DNA of 64,000 nucleotides from an uncultured Prevotella sp. (GCA_900543585.1 UQRP01000009.1:995-64994), one strand, 5' to 3'. Counted from the stretch's first letter, positions 18,021-28,401 are shown. Translations and numbers: made by a program. Notes: generated from the sequence alone by a model not told the origin.

Positions 18021-18085
18021 TAGGGATTTTCCTTACCCCGATAGGGAAAATCCTTTCACGGGTTGAGAGATTATGCCTACCTTTG
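18021..18085 (+). promoter_or_regulatory. Promoter with tandem TAGGGAWWWTCC sites (21-bp period) and -7 box TACCTTTG
   Basis: Sites at 18021 and 18042, -7 box at 18078-18085; the same architecture occurs at 31621-31702. Confidence 0.6.
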
Positions 18086-18113
18086 CGTCAGAAAAAACAA
18101 AAATCATACGATT

Positions 18114-19142
18114 ATGAAAAAGTTTATATTTGCCCTTGTGCTGCTGTTTACCATGACAGTCTCGGCTTCAGCCATGAGCTACTCGCAAGCCCGCGATCAG
18201 GCGCTCTTTCTGACCGACAAGATGGCCTATGAGCTCAATCTTACCGATGAGCAGTATGAGGCGGCATACGAAATAAACCTTGACTACCTCATGCGCATTG
18301 ACAACTACGACGACCTCTACGGTGTCTACTGGCGTCAGCGCAACCTCGACTTGAGTTATATTCTCCTCGACTGGCAGTACAACGCTTATTGCGCCGCATC
18401 TTATTTCTATCGCCCCCTCTACTGGGATGGCGGCTACTGGCATTTCGGCATCTATGCCCGCTACCCGCACCGCGACTACTTCTACTTTGGCTGCCCGAAC
18501 TTCGTGTTCACTTACACCGGTGGTCACAGCTGGTATATGAACGGTGGTCGCAGCTGGTATTACGGCCGTCGGTGGGTCGGTCCCCGCGACTTTGGTCCTC
18601 ACCCCGGTATGCGCGTCAGATTCGACGATGGCAGATATGGCCACGGCTACCGCTATGAGCCCGGCAGAAGGACTTGGGCGTCAGCTCCCGGCAACATGCC
18701 GCAGCGTGGCAACACCCAGCAGGTCGGCAACCGCACCTTCGGCAACTTGCAGCGTGGTGGTGTCAACGACAGCCCGCTCCGCAACCGCACCTTTGGCTCT
18801 GGTTCGACAAGACCTTCCACCAACGGCACACGCTCTTTCGGAATGCCACGGCAGAGCAGCACACGCTCCACGGTGAACATGCCGTCAGAGAGCTCTAACC
18901 GCACCTTCGGCAACCGCTTCTCCAGTGGCGACTCTCAGCCGGCACGCTCCTTCTCGCCATCCACACGCTCAACCAGCCAGCCCTCACGCTCCTTCGGCGG
19001 CAGCTTCGGAAGCCGCAACTCTGGTGGCAGCTTCGGCGGGCATAGCGCAGGCAGTAGCTTCGGAGGCCGTAGCACGAGCGGAAGCTTTGGCGGAGGAAAC
19101 TCCGGCTCCTCAGCAGGCGGTGGACACTTCGGAAGAAGATAA
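18114..19142 (+). CDS. Exported hypothetical protein with G/S/R-rich low-complexity C-terminus
   Basis: Signal peptide, helical 'LTDKMAYEL' domain, aromatic-rich middle, NRTFG/RSFG repeats. Confidence 0.75.
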   Translation: MKKFIFALVLLFTMTVSASAMSYSQARDQALFLTDKMAYELNLTDEQYEAAYEINLDYLMRIDNYDDLYGVYWRQRNLDLSYILLDWQYNAYCAASYFYRPLYWDGGYWHFGIYARYPHRDYFYFGCPNFVFTYTGGHSWYMNGGRSWYYGRRWVGPRDFGPHPGMRVRFDDGRYGHGYRYEPGRRTWASAPGNMPQRGNTQQVGNRTFGNLQRGGVNDSPLRNRTFGSGSTRPSTNGTRSFGMPRQSSTRSTVNMPSESSNRTFGNRFSSGDSQPARSFSPSTRSTSQPSRSFGGSFGSRNSGGSFGGHSAGSSFGGRSTSGSFGGGNSGSSAGGGHFGRR

Positions 19143-19163
19143 CAACCGCTGAGCCACTATCAG

Positions 19164-19679
19164 TTAGAGCATCAGCACTCGTATCTCGGCATTGTGCATC
19201 TTCACAATCTCATTCATCGGCTTGTTGAAATAGACGCTCTGAATGGCCTTGTTGATGATGCCATGCCCGACAGCCAACACGATCTTATCAGGATAAGTTA
19301 CTTTGAGCCACGTCAGGAAATTTCTGGCGCGGCTTTTTAATGATTCCAACGACTCCACATCATCGGGCCATTCGGTATGCTCCAGGTCAGGGATAAACTT
19401 TCCCGTAAACGAGCCCCAGTCGCGCTCACGCAGCAACGGTGTGGTGACGATATCCTCCCGCTTCACACCATGACCGGCAGCGATAATCTCGCATGTCTGG
19501 ATAGCACGGTTGAGATCGCTGGCTACAAAGACATCAATATGTTCACCTTTCATCTTCTCTGCCACCTCACGGGCCTGGGCTCTGCCTGTCTCGTTGAGCT
19601 CACCACCCTGGTGGCCCTGTAAAATTTGCGCTTTATTGGCCACAGTCTCACCGTGGCGCACAAGATATAATGTTGTCAT
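19164..19679 (-). CDS. Histidine phosphatase family protein
   Basis: 'LYLVRHGET', 'SDLNRAIQT' and 'VGHG'. Confidence 0.9.
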   Translation of the reverse strand: MTTLYLVRHGETVANKAQILQGHQGGELNETGRAQAREVAEKMKGEHIDVFVASDLNRAIQTCEIIAAGHGVKREDIVTTPLLRERDWGSFTGKFIPDLEHTEWPDDVESLESLKSRARNFLTWLKVTYPDKIVLAVGHGIINKAIQSVYFNKPMNEIVKMHNAEIRVLML

Positions 19680-19784
19680 AATGCTGCAAAATTACAAAGA
19701 AATCGAGACAACAAACACCTTTTCAGCGAAAATCCCCTTTCTTTGAAGATTTTACATTATCTTTGCATCAAACTTGCTTAAGCT

Positions 19785-20459
19785 ATGAAAGTATTACAAA
19801 GTTCTATCTTCCGCGCTTTGTGCGCCATCGCCGTAGGTGCGCTCTTGGTGAAATACCGTGAGCAGACCGTGACATGGATCACCATTGTCATCGGCGTTGT
19901 CTTCTTCGTTTCCGGCCTTATCAGCTGCATCGCCTACTTCTCTGCCAAGCGCAAGAGCAACGGTGAGGATTACGACATCTACGATGCCCAGGGCCACCTC
20001 ATCGCCCAGTCGAAGCCTACATTTCCCATCGTAGGCCTTGGCAGTCTCATCCTTGGTGCCATCCTGGCGCTGCTACCCACGACCTTCGTCAACGGACTCA
20101 CCTATATGTTGGCCGCCATCCTTATCTTAGGTGCCGTCAACCAGTTTTTCAACCTCACCATTGCCACCCGCTTCGCCCATATCGGCTTTATGTGGTGGAT
20201 AGTGCCGGCCCTCATCCTGCTCTTGGGCATCATCGCCCTGATAAAGCCGTCGGCCATCGCCTCGGCCCCACTCCTCGTCATCGGCTGGTGTATGATGGTC
20301 TATGGCGTAATAGAAATCATCAACAATATCAAGATTCACCAATGCCGCCGACGCGTGAAGCATGCCACAACGAGCACCGGGGCAACCTCCGACCATGCTG
20401 CGGAGACTGCCCCGGTATCAGACGACGCTTCCGAAGATACTACGGAACCAGCGTCTTGA
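19785..20459 (+). CDS. HdeD/DUF308-like membrane protein
   Basis: Six short TM helices in two repeats. Confidence 0.7.
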   Translation: MKVLQSSIFRALCAIAVGALLVKYREQTVTWITIVIGVVFFVSGLISCIAYFSAKRKSNGEDYDIYDAQGHLIAQSKPTFPIVGLGSLILGAILALLPTTFVNGLTYMLAAILILGAVNQFFNLTIATRFAHIGFMWWIVPALILLLGIIALIKPSAIASAPLLVIGWCMMVYGVIEIINNIKIHQCRRRVKHATTSTGATSDHAAETAPVSDDASEDTTEPAS

Positions 20460-21063
20460 TATAGTTTGTCAACATTCCTATGCCCTTGACATTCTCCCCA
20501 CCTTCAGGGATAATGACATCGGCATAGCGCTTTGTAGGTTCTATAAACTGCTCATGCATCGGCTTGAGCACCTTCAGATACCTGTCCACGACCATCGACA
20601 CCGTACGTCCGCGGTCGATGGTATCGCGCTGGATATTGCGAATCAGACGCTCGTCAGAATCGCAGTCGACGAAAATCTTCAAGTCCATCATATCGCGCAG
20701 CCGCTTGTTGATGAGCGTCATGATGCCTTCGATGATGATGACCGGCTTGGGCTCCACATGAACGGTTTCCGGCAACCGGTTGCTGAGAATATAAGAATAG
20801 GTAGGCTGCTCGATGGCATGGCCCTGCCGCAGCTCGTTGACCTGCTTGATGAGCAACTTCCAGTCGAAAGCGTCAGGATGGTCAAAGTTGATGGCCTTGC
20901 GCTCCTCCGGCGTCATGCCAGTCGTGTCATTATAGTAGGAGTCCAAAGGCACTACGGCCACAAAATGCGGGGGCAGTGCCTCCACAATCTTTCGCACCAC
21001 CGTGGTCTTGCCCGACCCTGTGCCGCCGGCAATACCTATGATTGTTATCTTGTTGTTTTCCAT
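20440..21063 (-). CDS. udk: Uridine kinase
   Basis: 'IGIAGGTGSGKTT', 'NFDHPDAFD' and 'FIEPTKRYADVIIP'. Confidence 0.95.
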   Translation of the reverse strand: MENNKITIIGIAGGTGSGKTTVVRKIVEALPPHFVAVVPLDSYYNDTTGMTPEERKAINFDHPDAFDWKLLIKQVNELRQGHAIEQPTYSYILSNRLPETVHVEPKPVIIIEGIMTLINKRLRDMMDLKIFVDCDSDERLIRNIQRDTIDRGRTVSMVVDRYLKVLKPMHEQFIEPTKRYADVIIPEGGENVKGIGMLTNYIKTLVP

Positions 21064-21068
21064 ATCAG

Positions 21069-21692
21069 CTATAGGGATTTATCGTTGTCATCATACAAGC
21101 CCAGTTCGGCGAACATCCTGTCGTAGAACTTTGCCTTCTCCTCAACTTTCATCGGGTAGGCTCGGCTGGAGCTCGGCTCACGGTAGAGGCCAATCTCTCT
21201 TCCTTCGAAGAGGAAGTCGCGGTGCTCACCCATCTTCATTTTCCGGGCGTCGATGCCATAGTGCTCGGTGAAGAGCGTGGTGGCCAGCTGCCCGGCTGCC
21301 AACACGCCCCGGCAGAGAGGCAGCGCCCGGAGCATTCCGTCAAGGTCGGCCTGCTCCACCACTTCCAAGTCTTTGTCAGAGGCTGTCCCCGTCGTACGGC
21401 GGATGCGCAGACAGGTGTCGAAGATGGCTATGCCCTTCTCACGCAAGAAGGCTTTCAGCGCGTCAAGACGGTAGGTCTTATGCTCGGTATCAACGAAATG
21501 CAGTTTGTCGCCAAAGAAGCAGATGCCGATGATGCGCCACATGTCGTTGGTAAAGTTGGGGTAATACCATTCCATGCACCAGCGCTTGGGGGCCGGCGGA
21601 AAGGTGCCGAGCATCAGCAACCGCGCATGGGCGGGCAGAAAGGGCTCAAAAGGGTGTGTCTCTATCGGAAGAGCGTCTGTAGAATCTGACAT
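21069..21692 (-). CDS. Uracil-DNA glycosylase superfamily protein
   Basis: 'HPFEPF...LLMLGTFPP...YYPN..NDMW' and 'PSSSRA'. Confidence 0.8.
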   Translation of the reverse strand: MSDSTDALPIETHPFEPFLPAHARLLMLGTFPPAPKRWCMEWYYPNFTNDMWRIIGICFFGDKLHFVDTEHKTYRLDALKAFLREKGIAIFDTCLRIRRTTGTASDKDLEVVEQADLDGMLRALPLCRGVLAAGQLATTLFTEHYGIDARKMKMGEHRDFLFEGREIGLYREPSSSRAYPMKVEEKAKFYDRMFAELGLYDDNDKSL

Positions 21693-21716
21693 TATTATAT
21701 ATAAGTTACCTGGAGA

Positions 21717-22889
21717 TTATTTTTCTTTCTCCTTCGCCTTCAACTCCTCCAACTCCTGACTGCACTGCTCCATGAAAGCTTTCTCAGCCTCCGTATACGC
21801 AGGCAGAGAGAGGTCGCCGAGCTTCCCGGCCTTGATGCCCTGCTCTTTGACAAGGTAGACGACGGTGGGCAGGTGGTCACTATAGCCGTCGAGCCATACG
21901 CCACCAGCCGTCGTGCGGCGCGTGTTGCCTTTATATTTACCCTCTGTCTGGAAGAGGTAAGGCATGCGCTGAACCTCATTCTTAAAGAACTTCAGCGTAG
22001 AGAAGTCTTTCTGACCATTCTTGTTCAGCAGATTCGGCGAGAGGATGATCTGGTCGAAGAGATTCCACGAGCCCTGATACTGCAAGGTGCCAGTACCCTG
22101 CTTGGCCAGCACATTATACCAAGGATTATACATATCATCCTTGCCCACCATAGCTATCTCCTCCTTTGCCGAGAGCACGTTGTGCATACTCTTGTCGGTA
22201 GGGTCGTCATTCATATCTCCCATGACAATGACCTTGCAGTCTTTATCCTGCGCCATGACACGGTCCTTGACAGCCTTTATCTGAGCGGCACCCACCTCGC
22301 GGTAGTAGCTGTCGTTGAAACGGCTGGGCAGGTGGTTGACGATGAACACCACGTGCTCACCGGCCAGGGTGCCGCTGACGGCGAGGAAGCCACGCGTGCG
22401 GAATTTGCTGCTCTGCTTCTCCGTAGGGATATAGGGATAGAGCCGCACGTCGGCCACCTTGAACAGCGAGGGCTGATAGAGAAGTCCACAGTCTACACCA
22501 CGAAGGTCAGGACCCTCAACATGGCAGAATTTGTAGCCCCGGGCTGCTAACGCCGGCTGACTGCAGAGCCCAACTAAGACGTTGTCGTTCTCTATCTCCG
22601 AGACACCGACAACGGCGCAGCCCACACCCGGCAGCATACGAGTGCCCATGTCGCTGAGCGCCCGCGCCATGTTGTGCAGCTTGTGGCTGTACTTCATGCC
22701 ATTCCACTTATAAGAGCCGGAAGGCAGAAACTCGTAATCGTTCTTGCCAGCGTCGTGGCAAGTGTCGAATAAGTTCTCGAGGTTGTAAAAACCGATGCCA
22801 TAGACATTAAACTTCTTCTGCGCCGAAGCTGTCAGGCAGAAAACGAATGCTATGAGGATTGTTGAAAATAACTTCTTAAACATGCTCAT
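21717..22889 (-). CDS. Secreted endonuclease/exonuclease/phosphatase (EEP) family protein
   Basis: Signal peptide; 'FYNLENLFD', 'VNHLPSR', 'MGDMND', 'FDQI' and 'GYSDHLP'. Confidence 0.9.
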   Translation of the reverse strand: MSMFKKLFSTILIAFVFCLTASAQKKFNVYGIGFYNLENLFDTCHDAGKNDYEFLPSGSYKWNGMKYSHKLHNMARALSDMGTRMLPGVGCAVVGVSEIENDNVLVGLCSQPALAARGYKFCHVEGPDLRGVDCGLLYQPSLFKVADVRLYPYIPTEKQSSKFRTRGFLAVSGTLAGEHVVFIVNHLPSRFNDSYYREVGAAQIKAVKDRVMAQDKDCKVIVMGDMNDDPTDKSMHNVLSAKEEIAMVGKDDMYNPWYNVLAKQGTGTLQYQGSWNLFDQIILSPNLLNKNGQKDFSTLKFFKNEVQRMPYLFQTEGKYKGNTRRTTAGGVWLDGYSDHLPTVVYLVKEQGIKAGKLGDLSLPAYTEAEKAFMEQCSQELEELKAKEKEK

Positions 22890-23025
22890 TCATATTTTCT
22901 GCAAATTTCGGAAATTAAATCGAAACTAAACAACTTTTAAATGAAAAAATAACATTAAAAAACTGCTAATATCATAAAAATAAACTATCTTTGCAGCATA
23001 TATAAACAATCACACAACATCTTTT

Positions 23026-25566
23026 ATGCAGAAAAAGCTTATCATGGCCATGGCGCTCCTATGCTCCGCCTCCACAACGTGGGCGCAGGAAGACTCCATC
23101 AGCATCGGTGAGGCGGCTTTCACCTTCACCGAGGCACAGCTTGGCGAGGACGAGGACATGAGTCAGAACGTGACTGTTGTCCACTCCAATAACAACGTCT
23201 ATGCCTCTGAGGTGGGTTATCTCTTCTCACCAGCACGTTTTCGTTATCGTGCCCTCAACCAGAAGTACAATGCCGTATACATCAACGGCGCACCGCAGAA
23301 CGACATGGAGACGGGGCAGTTTCGCTTCTCCACAATAGGTGGTCTGAACCGCTTCACACGCAGTGTGGACTATTCGCTGCCTTTCGAGAGCAACACCTTC
23401 TCCATGCCCGACGTGGCAGGAAGCAACAACTATGACTTCCGCGCCGGATCCATGCAGACCGGCCATTACGTCTCTCTTGGCGCTGCCAACCGCAACTATG
23501 TGGCCCGTGGGCTCTACACCTACGGCTCCGGCTTCAACAGCCGTGGCTGGGCCTTTGCTGCCGGTGTCACCTACCGCTGGGCCAACCGCGGATATGTGGA
23601 GGGCACCTTCTACAACTCGCTGAGCTACTACCTCGGCGTACAGAAGAAGTGGCAGAATGGACACTCCTTATCGTTTACAACATGGGGCAACCCCACAGAG
23701 CGCGCCACACAGGGTGCTTCTACAGATGAAGCCTACTGGCTCGCCAACAGCTATTACTACAACCCTTACTGGGGCTATCAGAATGGCAAGAAGCGCAGCT
23801 CAAGAGTTGTCAACGACTATGCACCATCAGGTATCCTTACCTGGGACTGGGGCATCAATGAGAAGCTGAAGCTCACCACATCTCTCTACGGCAAATACAG
23901 CATCTACAAGTCGACAAAACTCAACTACAGTAATGCCGAGAACCCACAACCCGACTACTGGAAAAATCTGCCGTCGAGCTACTATGATGTCTGGGGCGAT
24001 GACCCACGCAACAACGAGTATACGCTCTCACAATGGCAGCGCTCTGTAGACTGGTGGCAGGCTTCCAAAGCCAACCGACAGATTGACTTTGACCGTCTCT
24101 ATTCTGCCAACCGCATGCAGAACAGCGTCGGTGGCGATGCGCTCTACTATATCCAGGCTAAGCACAACAACGCCCTGATGATGAGCTTGGCTTCAACCCT
24201 CAACGCACAGTTCAACGAGAAGCAGAACCTCTCTGGAGGCCTCATCCTCTCACAGAATCGTGGTCGCCACTATCAGACCATGGACGACATGCTCGGTGCC
24301 ACAACCTACCATAATATCAACACCTACGCCTTAGGCACCTATGGCATCGACGACCCGCGCGTGCAGTACGATCTCAACAACCCCAACGGTGTTGTTGGCG
24401 AAGGCGACAAGTTCGGTTATGACTACCAGATTGAAGTGCGCCGTGGCTCTTTGTGGGCCAACTACACAGAGGATTTCGGTAATGTACACTACTTCCTCGC
24501 CGGACGCCTCAACTACGACGACATCCGCCGCAAAGGATTCATGCGCAACGGTATGTTCGCTGATAACAGCTACGGCCACAGCGGACTCGCCAAATTCCTT
24601 ACCGGTGGCATGAAGTTCGGTGCCAATATCGACCTCGGACACGGGCAAGTCTTCACCCTTGGCCTTGGCTATGAGCACCGCGCTCCTGACGCCAGCACCG
24701 TCTTCGTGGCTCCTGAGATGAACAACGATTTCGTCACCAACCTCGTCTCTGAGCGTATGTTCTCTTCCGAGATTGGTTACCAGTATCAGAATGCGTGGTT
24801 GCACTTCAATGTCAACGCATACTACAATAATGTGAACCACGCCACAGAGTGGCAGAACTTCTACTTCGACGACATCAACTCTTTCTCTTATGTCTCTATG
24901 ACTGGCATTGACAAGAGCTACTATGGCGTGGAAGCAGGTGCAAAAATCAAGTTGACTTCCTTCCTCGATTTCAAGGCCCTCGGCACGCTGAGCGATGCGA
25001 AGTACAACAACAACGCCAACCTCATCTACCTCAGCTCTACAAAGGCTACTTACAATGACGCCACCAACGGTGCTGCCGACCGCGTCATGAACAAAGGCAT
25101 GCATGAGAGCGGCACACCGCTCACAGCAACAAGCCTCGGACTGAGCTATCATCAGAACGGCTGGTATATAGACCTCAACGCCAACTGGTATGATCGTATC
25201 TACCTGAGCTACTCTCCCTGCACACGCTACGAGAGCACACTGTCGCCCGAAAATGGTAACGTTGACAACGATGGTCGTCTCATCGTCCCCGACCAGGCTC
25301 AGGGCAACGGCGGTTGGATGCTTGACGGCTCTATCGGCAAGAGCATCCGCTTGGGCAAAGGCTCACTCAACTTCAACCTCATGGTGACCAACATCCTCAA
25401 CAACCAACATATCGTAACCGGTGGATACGAGCAGAGCCGCTCCGACTACTCCACACAGGCCGATGGCTCAAGGGGCAACCAGAGACTCTACAAGTTCTCC
25501 AAGCAGCCCAAGAAGTACTATGCTTTCGGCACCAACGGCATGTTCCAAGTATCATATAGATTCTAA
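23026..25566 (+). CDS. TonB-dependent receptor-like outer membrane beta-barrel
   Basis: Signal peptide, plug-like 'RYRAL...VYING', amphipathic strands, C-terminal 'SYRF'. Confidence 0.8.
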   Translation: MQKKLIMAMALLCSASTTWAQEDSISIGEAAFTFTEAQLGEDEDMSQNVTVVHSNNNVYASEVGYLFSPARFRYRALNQKYNAVYINGAPQNDMETGQFRFSTIGGLNRFTRSVDYSLPFESNTFSMPDVAGSNNYDFRAGSMQTGHYVSLGAANRNYVARGLYTYGSGFNSRGWAFAAGVTYRWANRGYVEGTFYNSLSYYLGVQKKWQNGHSLSFTTWGNPTERATQGASTDEAYWLANSYYYNPYWGYQNGKKRSSRVVNDYAPSGILTWDWGINEKLKLTTSLYGKYSIYKSTKLNYSNAENPQPDYWKNLPSSYYDVWGDDPRNNEYTLSQWQRSVDWWQASKANRQIDFDRLYSANRMQNSVGGDALYYIQAKHNNALMMSLASTLNAQFNEKQNLSGGLILSQNRGRHYQTMDDMLGATTYHNINTYALGTYGIDDPRVQYDLNNPNGVVGEGDKFGYDYQIEVRRGSLWANYTEDFGNVHYFLAGRLNYDDIRRKGFMRNGMFADNSYGHSGLAKFLTGGMKFGANIDLGHGQVFTLGLGYEHRAPDASTVFVAPEMNNDFVTNLVSERMFSSEIGYQYQNAWLHFNVNAYYNNVNHATEWQNFYFDDINSFSYVSMTGIDKSYYGVEAGAKIKLTSFLDFKALGTLSDAKYNNNANLIYLSSTKATYNDATNGAADRVMNKGMHESGTPLTATSLGLSYHQNGWYIDLNANWYDRIYLSYSPCTRYESTLSPENGNVDNDGRLIVPDQAQGNGGWMLDGSIGKSIRLGKGSLNFNLMVTNILNNQHIVTGGYEQSRSDYSTQADGSRGNQRLYKFSKQPKKYYAFGTNGMFQVSYRF

Positions 25567-25570
25567 GGCA

Positions 25571-26428
25571 ATGAAAAAGATAACATTATTTCTCTCTGTC
25601 ATGATGGCGATGCTCTTCACATCGTGCATGGACTCTGGCTACGATACACCCACGGAGGACAACAACGGCTCGCAGATTGAGCAGACCAACGTGATGACTA
25701 TCCAAGCCGTAAAAGAAAAATATAAGAGCACCATCGATGCCAGCAGCTTCAAACTCATCGATGAGGATATACAGATTAAGGGTATCGTCACTGGCAACGA
25801 CGCTGGCAGCAACCTCTACAACGAGATCTCGCTCCAAGACGAGAGCGGTGCCATCATCGTGGCTATCAGCCAGGGTGGTCTCGCTGGCGTCTTCCCCGTC
25901 GGCGCTACCGTGCTCATCAACCTCAAAGGACTATATATCGGCGCCTACGGCAATCAGGCCGAGATTGGCGGCGTCTACACCAATGCCAAGACCGGTGCCA
26001 CTGGCATCGGCGGCATGGACAGATACCTTTGGCAGAACCATTGGCAGATCCTCGACAGAGGCAGCGAGGATAAGGCCACAGCACTCATAGAGCCTTTCGA
26101 CTACAGCAAGGCAGGCGATGCAGACTATATCTGGCAGAACCAAGGCAAGCTGATGCGACTGAATGACGTCACCTTCAAGAACGGCGACGGCAAGACGGTC
26201 TTCGCACCTAAAGATGGCAGTGCAACTCTGACCAACAACAGCGCCAACCGCGGCTTCGTGGGCATGAGCGACAACAAGATCGTCTTCCGCACAAGCACCT
26301 ACGCTAAGTTCGCCAATGATCTTATCCCACAGGGCAAGACGTCTGTCATCGGCATCTTCACCGTCTTTAGAAGCACATGGCAGATCCTCGCCAGAACGCG
26401 CAACGATGCTTACGGTATCTCAGAGTAA
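25571..26428 (+). CDS. DUF5689-like lipoprotein (OB-fold-like)
   Basis: Lipobox FTSC; 'IKGIVTGND..SNLY..ISLQD.SG' and 'RTSTYAKFA...IP.G...GI....WQI..R'. Confidence 0.7.
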   Translation: MKKITLFLSVMMAMLFTSCMDSGYDTPTEDNNGSQIEQTNVMTIQAVKEKYKSTIDASSFKLIDEDIQIKGIVTGNDAGSNLYNEISLQDESGAIIVAISQGGLAGVFPVGATVLINLKGLYIGAYGNQAEIGGVYTNAKTGATGIGGMDRYLWQNHWQILDRGSEDKATALIEPFDYSKAGDADYIWQNQGKLMRLNDVTFKNGDGKTVFAPKDGSATLTNNSANRGFVGMSDNKIVFRTSTYAKFANDLIPQGKTSVIGIFTVFRSTWQILARTRNDAYGISE

Positions 26429-26479
26429 TGTCCTGACTTCCAAATAACATTTCAACATCAGAATAAAAAGAAAAAAAAT

Positions 26480-27943
26480 ATGAAAAGATTCTTCCATTTC
26501 ATGACCGTCATTGCCTTAGCAGCACTGACCCTCACCGGTTGCGACGACGTACCCATGCCGTACAACCAGCCAAACATCAAGCCTAACGAGCCGTCCGGCA
26601 CTTCCTCACTGCCCTATTCCGACAGCAATCTTAAGGACTGGACGGTATCAACCGTAACAGGTGCAGACTGGAGTCTGGGCAGCACTTATGCCAAAGCCAC
26701 AGGATATAATGGTGGTACCACGACAGCTACAGAGACATGGTTGGTATCGCCTACCATCAACACGACAACCTCTGATGGCGCTGTTATCAACTTCGACCAT
26801 GTTATCCGCTATGTCAAGAGTGCTACTGACATCAACAACCACGAGATGTATATCAGCTCTGACTATACGGGCGACATAAAAACCGCCACATGGACCAAGC
26901 TTGACTATAAGCCTGTTGAGAGCGCTACGCAGACCTGGGATTTCTATGCGGCCGATCCTATTCAAATTCCTGATGCATACTTGAATAAGGATGTTGTTAT
27001 CGCTTTCAAGTTCACCTGCAACGACCAGAACTCTACAACATGGGAGATTAAGAACTTCAGCGTTAAAGAGGGTAAGGCCGAGACCGGTGGTGGTGACACA
27101 CCGGCACCGGGAGAGCCTAAAGGTGATGGTTCACAAGCCAATCCATACAATGCTGCTGCCGCCAACAAAGCCGCTGCTGCACTCTCTGCTGACGGCAAGT
27201 TAGAGAATATCTATGTGAGCGGTATCGTCAGCAAGATAGGTGAAATAAGCACTCAATTTGGAAACGCTACTTATTATCTTTCTGAGGATGGTACTACATC
27301 AGGCGAACAGTTTGAGGTCTTCCGCGGTCTCTATACTAATGGAGCGAAGTTTACCTCTGAGGACCAGCTTAAAGTTGGACAGAAAGTTACTGTCTTAGGT
27401 ACGCTTGTCAACTTTAAGGGTAACACTCCGGAAATGGCACAAGGCAGCAAGATTGTCTCCATTGAAGGTAGCGGCACAACACCGGAGAATCCCGAGACAC
27501 CAGGCACAAGCGAAGGCATAACTATTGACGGAACCACTGTGACCTTAACGAATCCAAAGGCTGCAGCTGGCACAGAGTCTGTAACCTTAGACTTAAATAG
27601 TCTTGGTCTCAGCAGCAACAGCGAGGTTTCAGGTCCTTATTCATTCTCTGATGGTACCACGTTTACAGTGGCTCAAGGCAAAGGGATGAATGCTCCAATA
27701 TATCATTCTGGCACTAAAGGCTTCAGAATTTATGCTTGCAACACTATCACTTTCAATGCGATAAAGAAGATCGCAAAAATTGTATTCACATGCGATAGCT
27801 ATAAGGGCACAGACTATGTAGGAAACGCAACACAAACCATCACCTTTGATGGTAATACCGCAACCTACAACAACTACAACGCAGAAGGAAAAGGTGGCAC
27901 ACAAATACGAATAAAGACCATCACCATCACTTACGCTAAATAG
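26480..27943 (+). CDS. Multidomain surface lipoprotein (beta-sandwich, OB-fold-like and C-terminal domains)
   Basis: Lipobox LTGC; 'ETWLVSP' domain; 'GDGSQANPY...VSGIVS...NATYYLS...LKVGQKVTVLG' OB-like module; P/G/T linkers. Confidence 0.7.
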   Translation: MKRFFHFMTVIALAALTLTGCDDVPMPYNQPNIKPNEPSGTSSLPYSDSNLKDWTVSTVTGADWSLGSTYAKATGYNGGTTTATETWLVSPTINTTTSDGAVINFDHVIRYVKSATDINNHEMYISSDYTGDIKTATWTKLDYKPVESATQTWDFYAADPIQIPDAYLNKDVVIAFKFTCNDQNSTTWEIKNFSVKEGKAETGGGDTPAPGEPKGDGSQANPYNAAAANKAAAALSADGKLENIYVSGIVSKIGEISTQFGNATYYLSEDGTTSGEQFEVFRGLYTNGAKFTSEDQLKVGQKVTVLGTLVNFKGNTPEMAQGSKIVSIEGSGTTPENPETPGTSEGITIDGTTVTLTNPKAAAGTESVTLDLNSLGLSSNSEVSGPYSFSDGTTFTVAQGKGMNAPIYHSGTKGFRIYACNTITFNAIKKIAKIVFTCDSYKGTDYVGNATQTITFDGNTATYNNYNAEGKGGTQIRIKTITITYAK

Positions 27944-27985
27944 TTTGCGAGATTTTTCTTAGTCTCATCATCGGACTATATCATT

Positions 27986-28025
27986 TATCCCCAGGGCGCC
28001 TCTACCATACGGCACCCTGGGGATA
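27986..28025. terminator. Hairpin after the lipoprotein operon
   Basis: tatccccaggg...ccctggggata. Confidence 0.6.
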
Positions 28026-28092
28026 TTGATTTCATCTCACTAAGACCTCGTCCCTTGGGACTGGGCTTGTAATAAGCCACACTCCAGCAAAA

Positions 28093-28401
28093 TCATAAAG
28101 CAGCCACCTGCCCGATTCGCTTTATTCGGTCTATCAAGGTAGGATCTTTACGAGCCTGCTGCATGTTATACTTCGCTTGCAGCTTCACAAGCGCATCAGC
28201 AGGAATGTCCAATGCAGCCTCGAATATTAGGGCTGTTGCAGGTGTAATCGCACGATGTCCCTTGAGAATTTCATTTAAGGCCGTAGGACTCATTCCTACC
28301 AACTCTGCAAATTTTCGCTGCGATATTCCACGAGCTTCTAATTCGTCGTTAACAACCTCACCCGGATGGGTAGCGTAAAATCCATGTCCTAAACTTGCCA
28401 T
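28093..28401 (-). CDS. higA: HigA-family antitoxin (HTH-XRE)
   Basis: 'THPGEVV..EL..RGISQ..FA...LNEILKG.RAITPATA'. Confidence 0.9.
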   Translation of the reverse strand: MASLGHGFYATHPGEVVNDELEARGISQRKFAELVGMSPTALNEILKGHRAITPATALIFEAALDIPADALVKLQAKYNMQQARKDPTLIDRIKRIGQVAAL

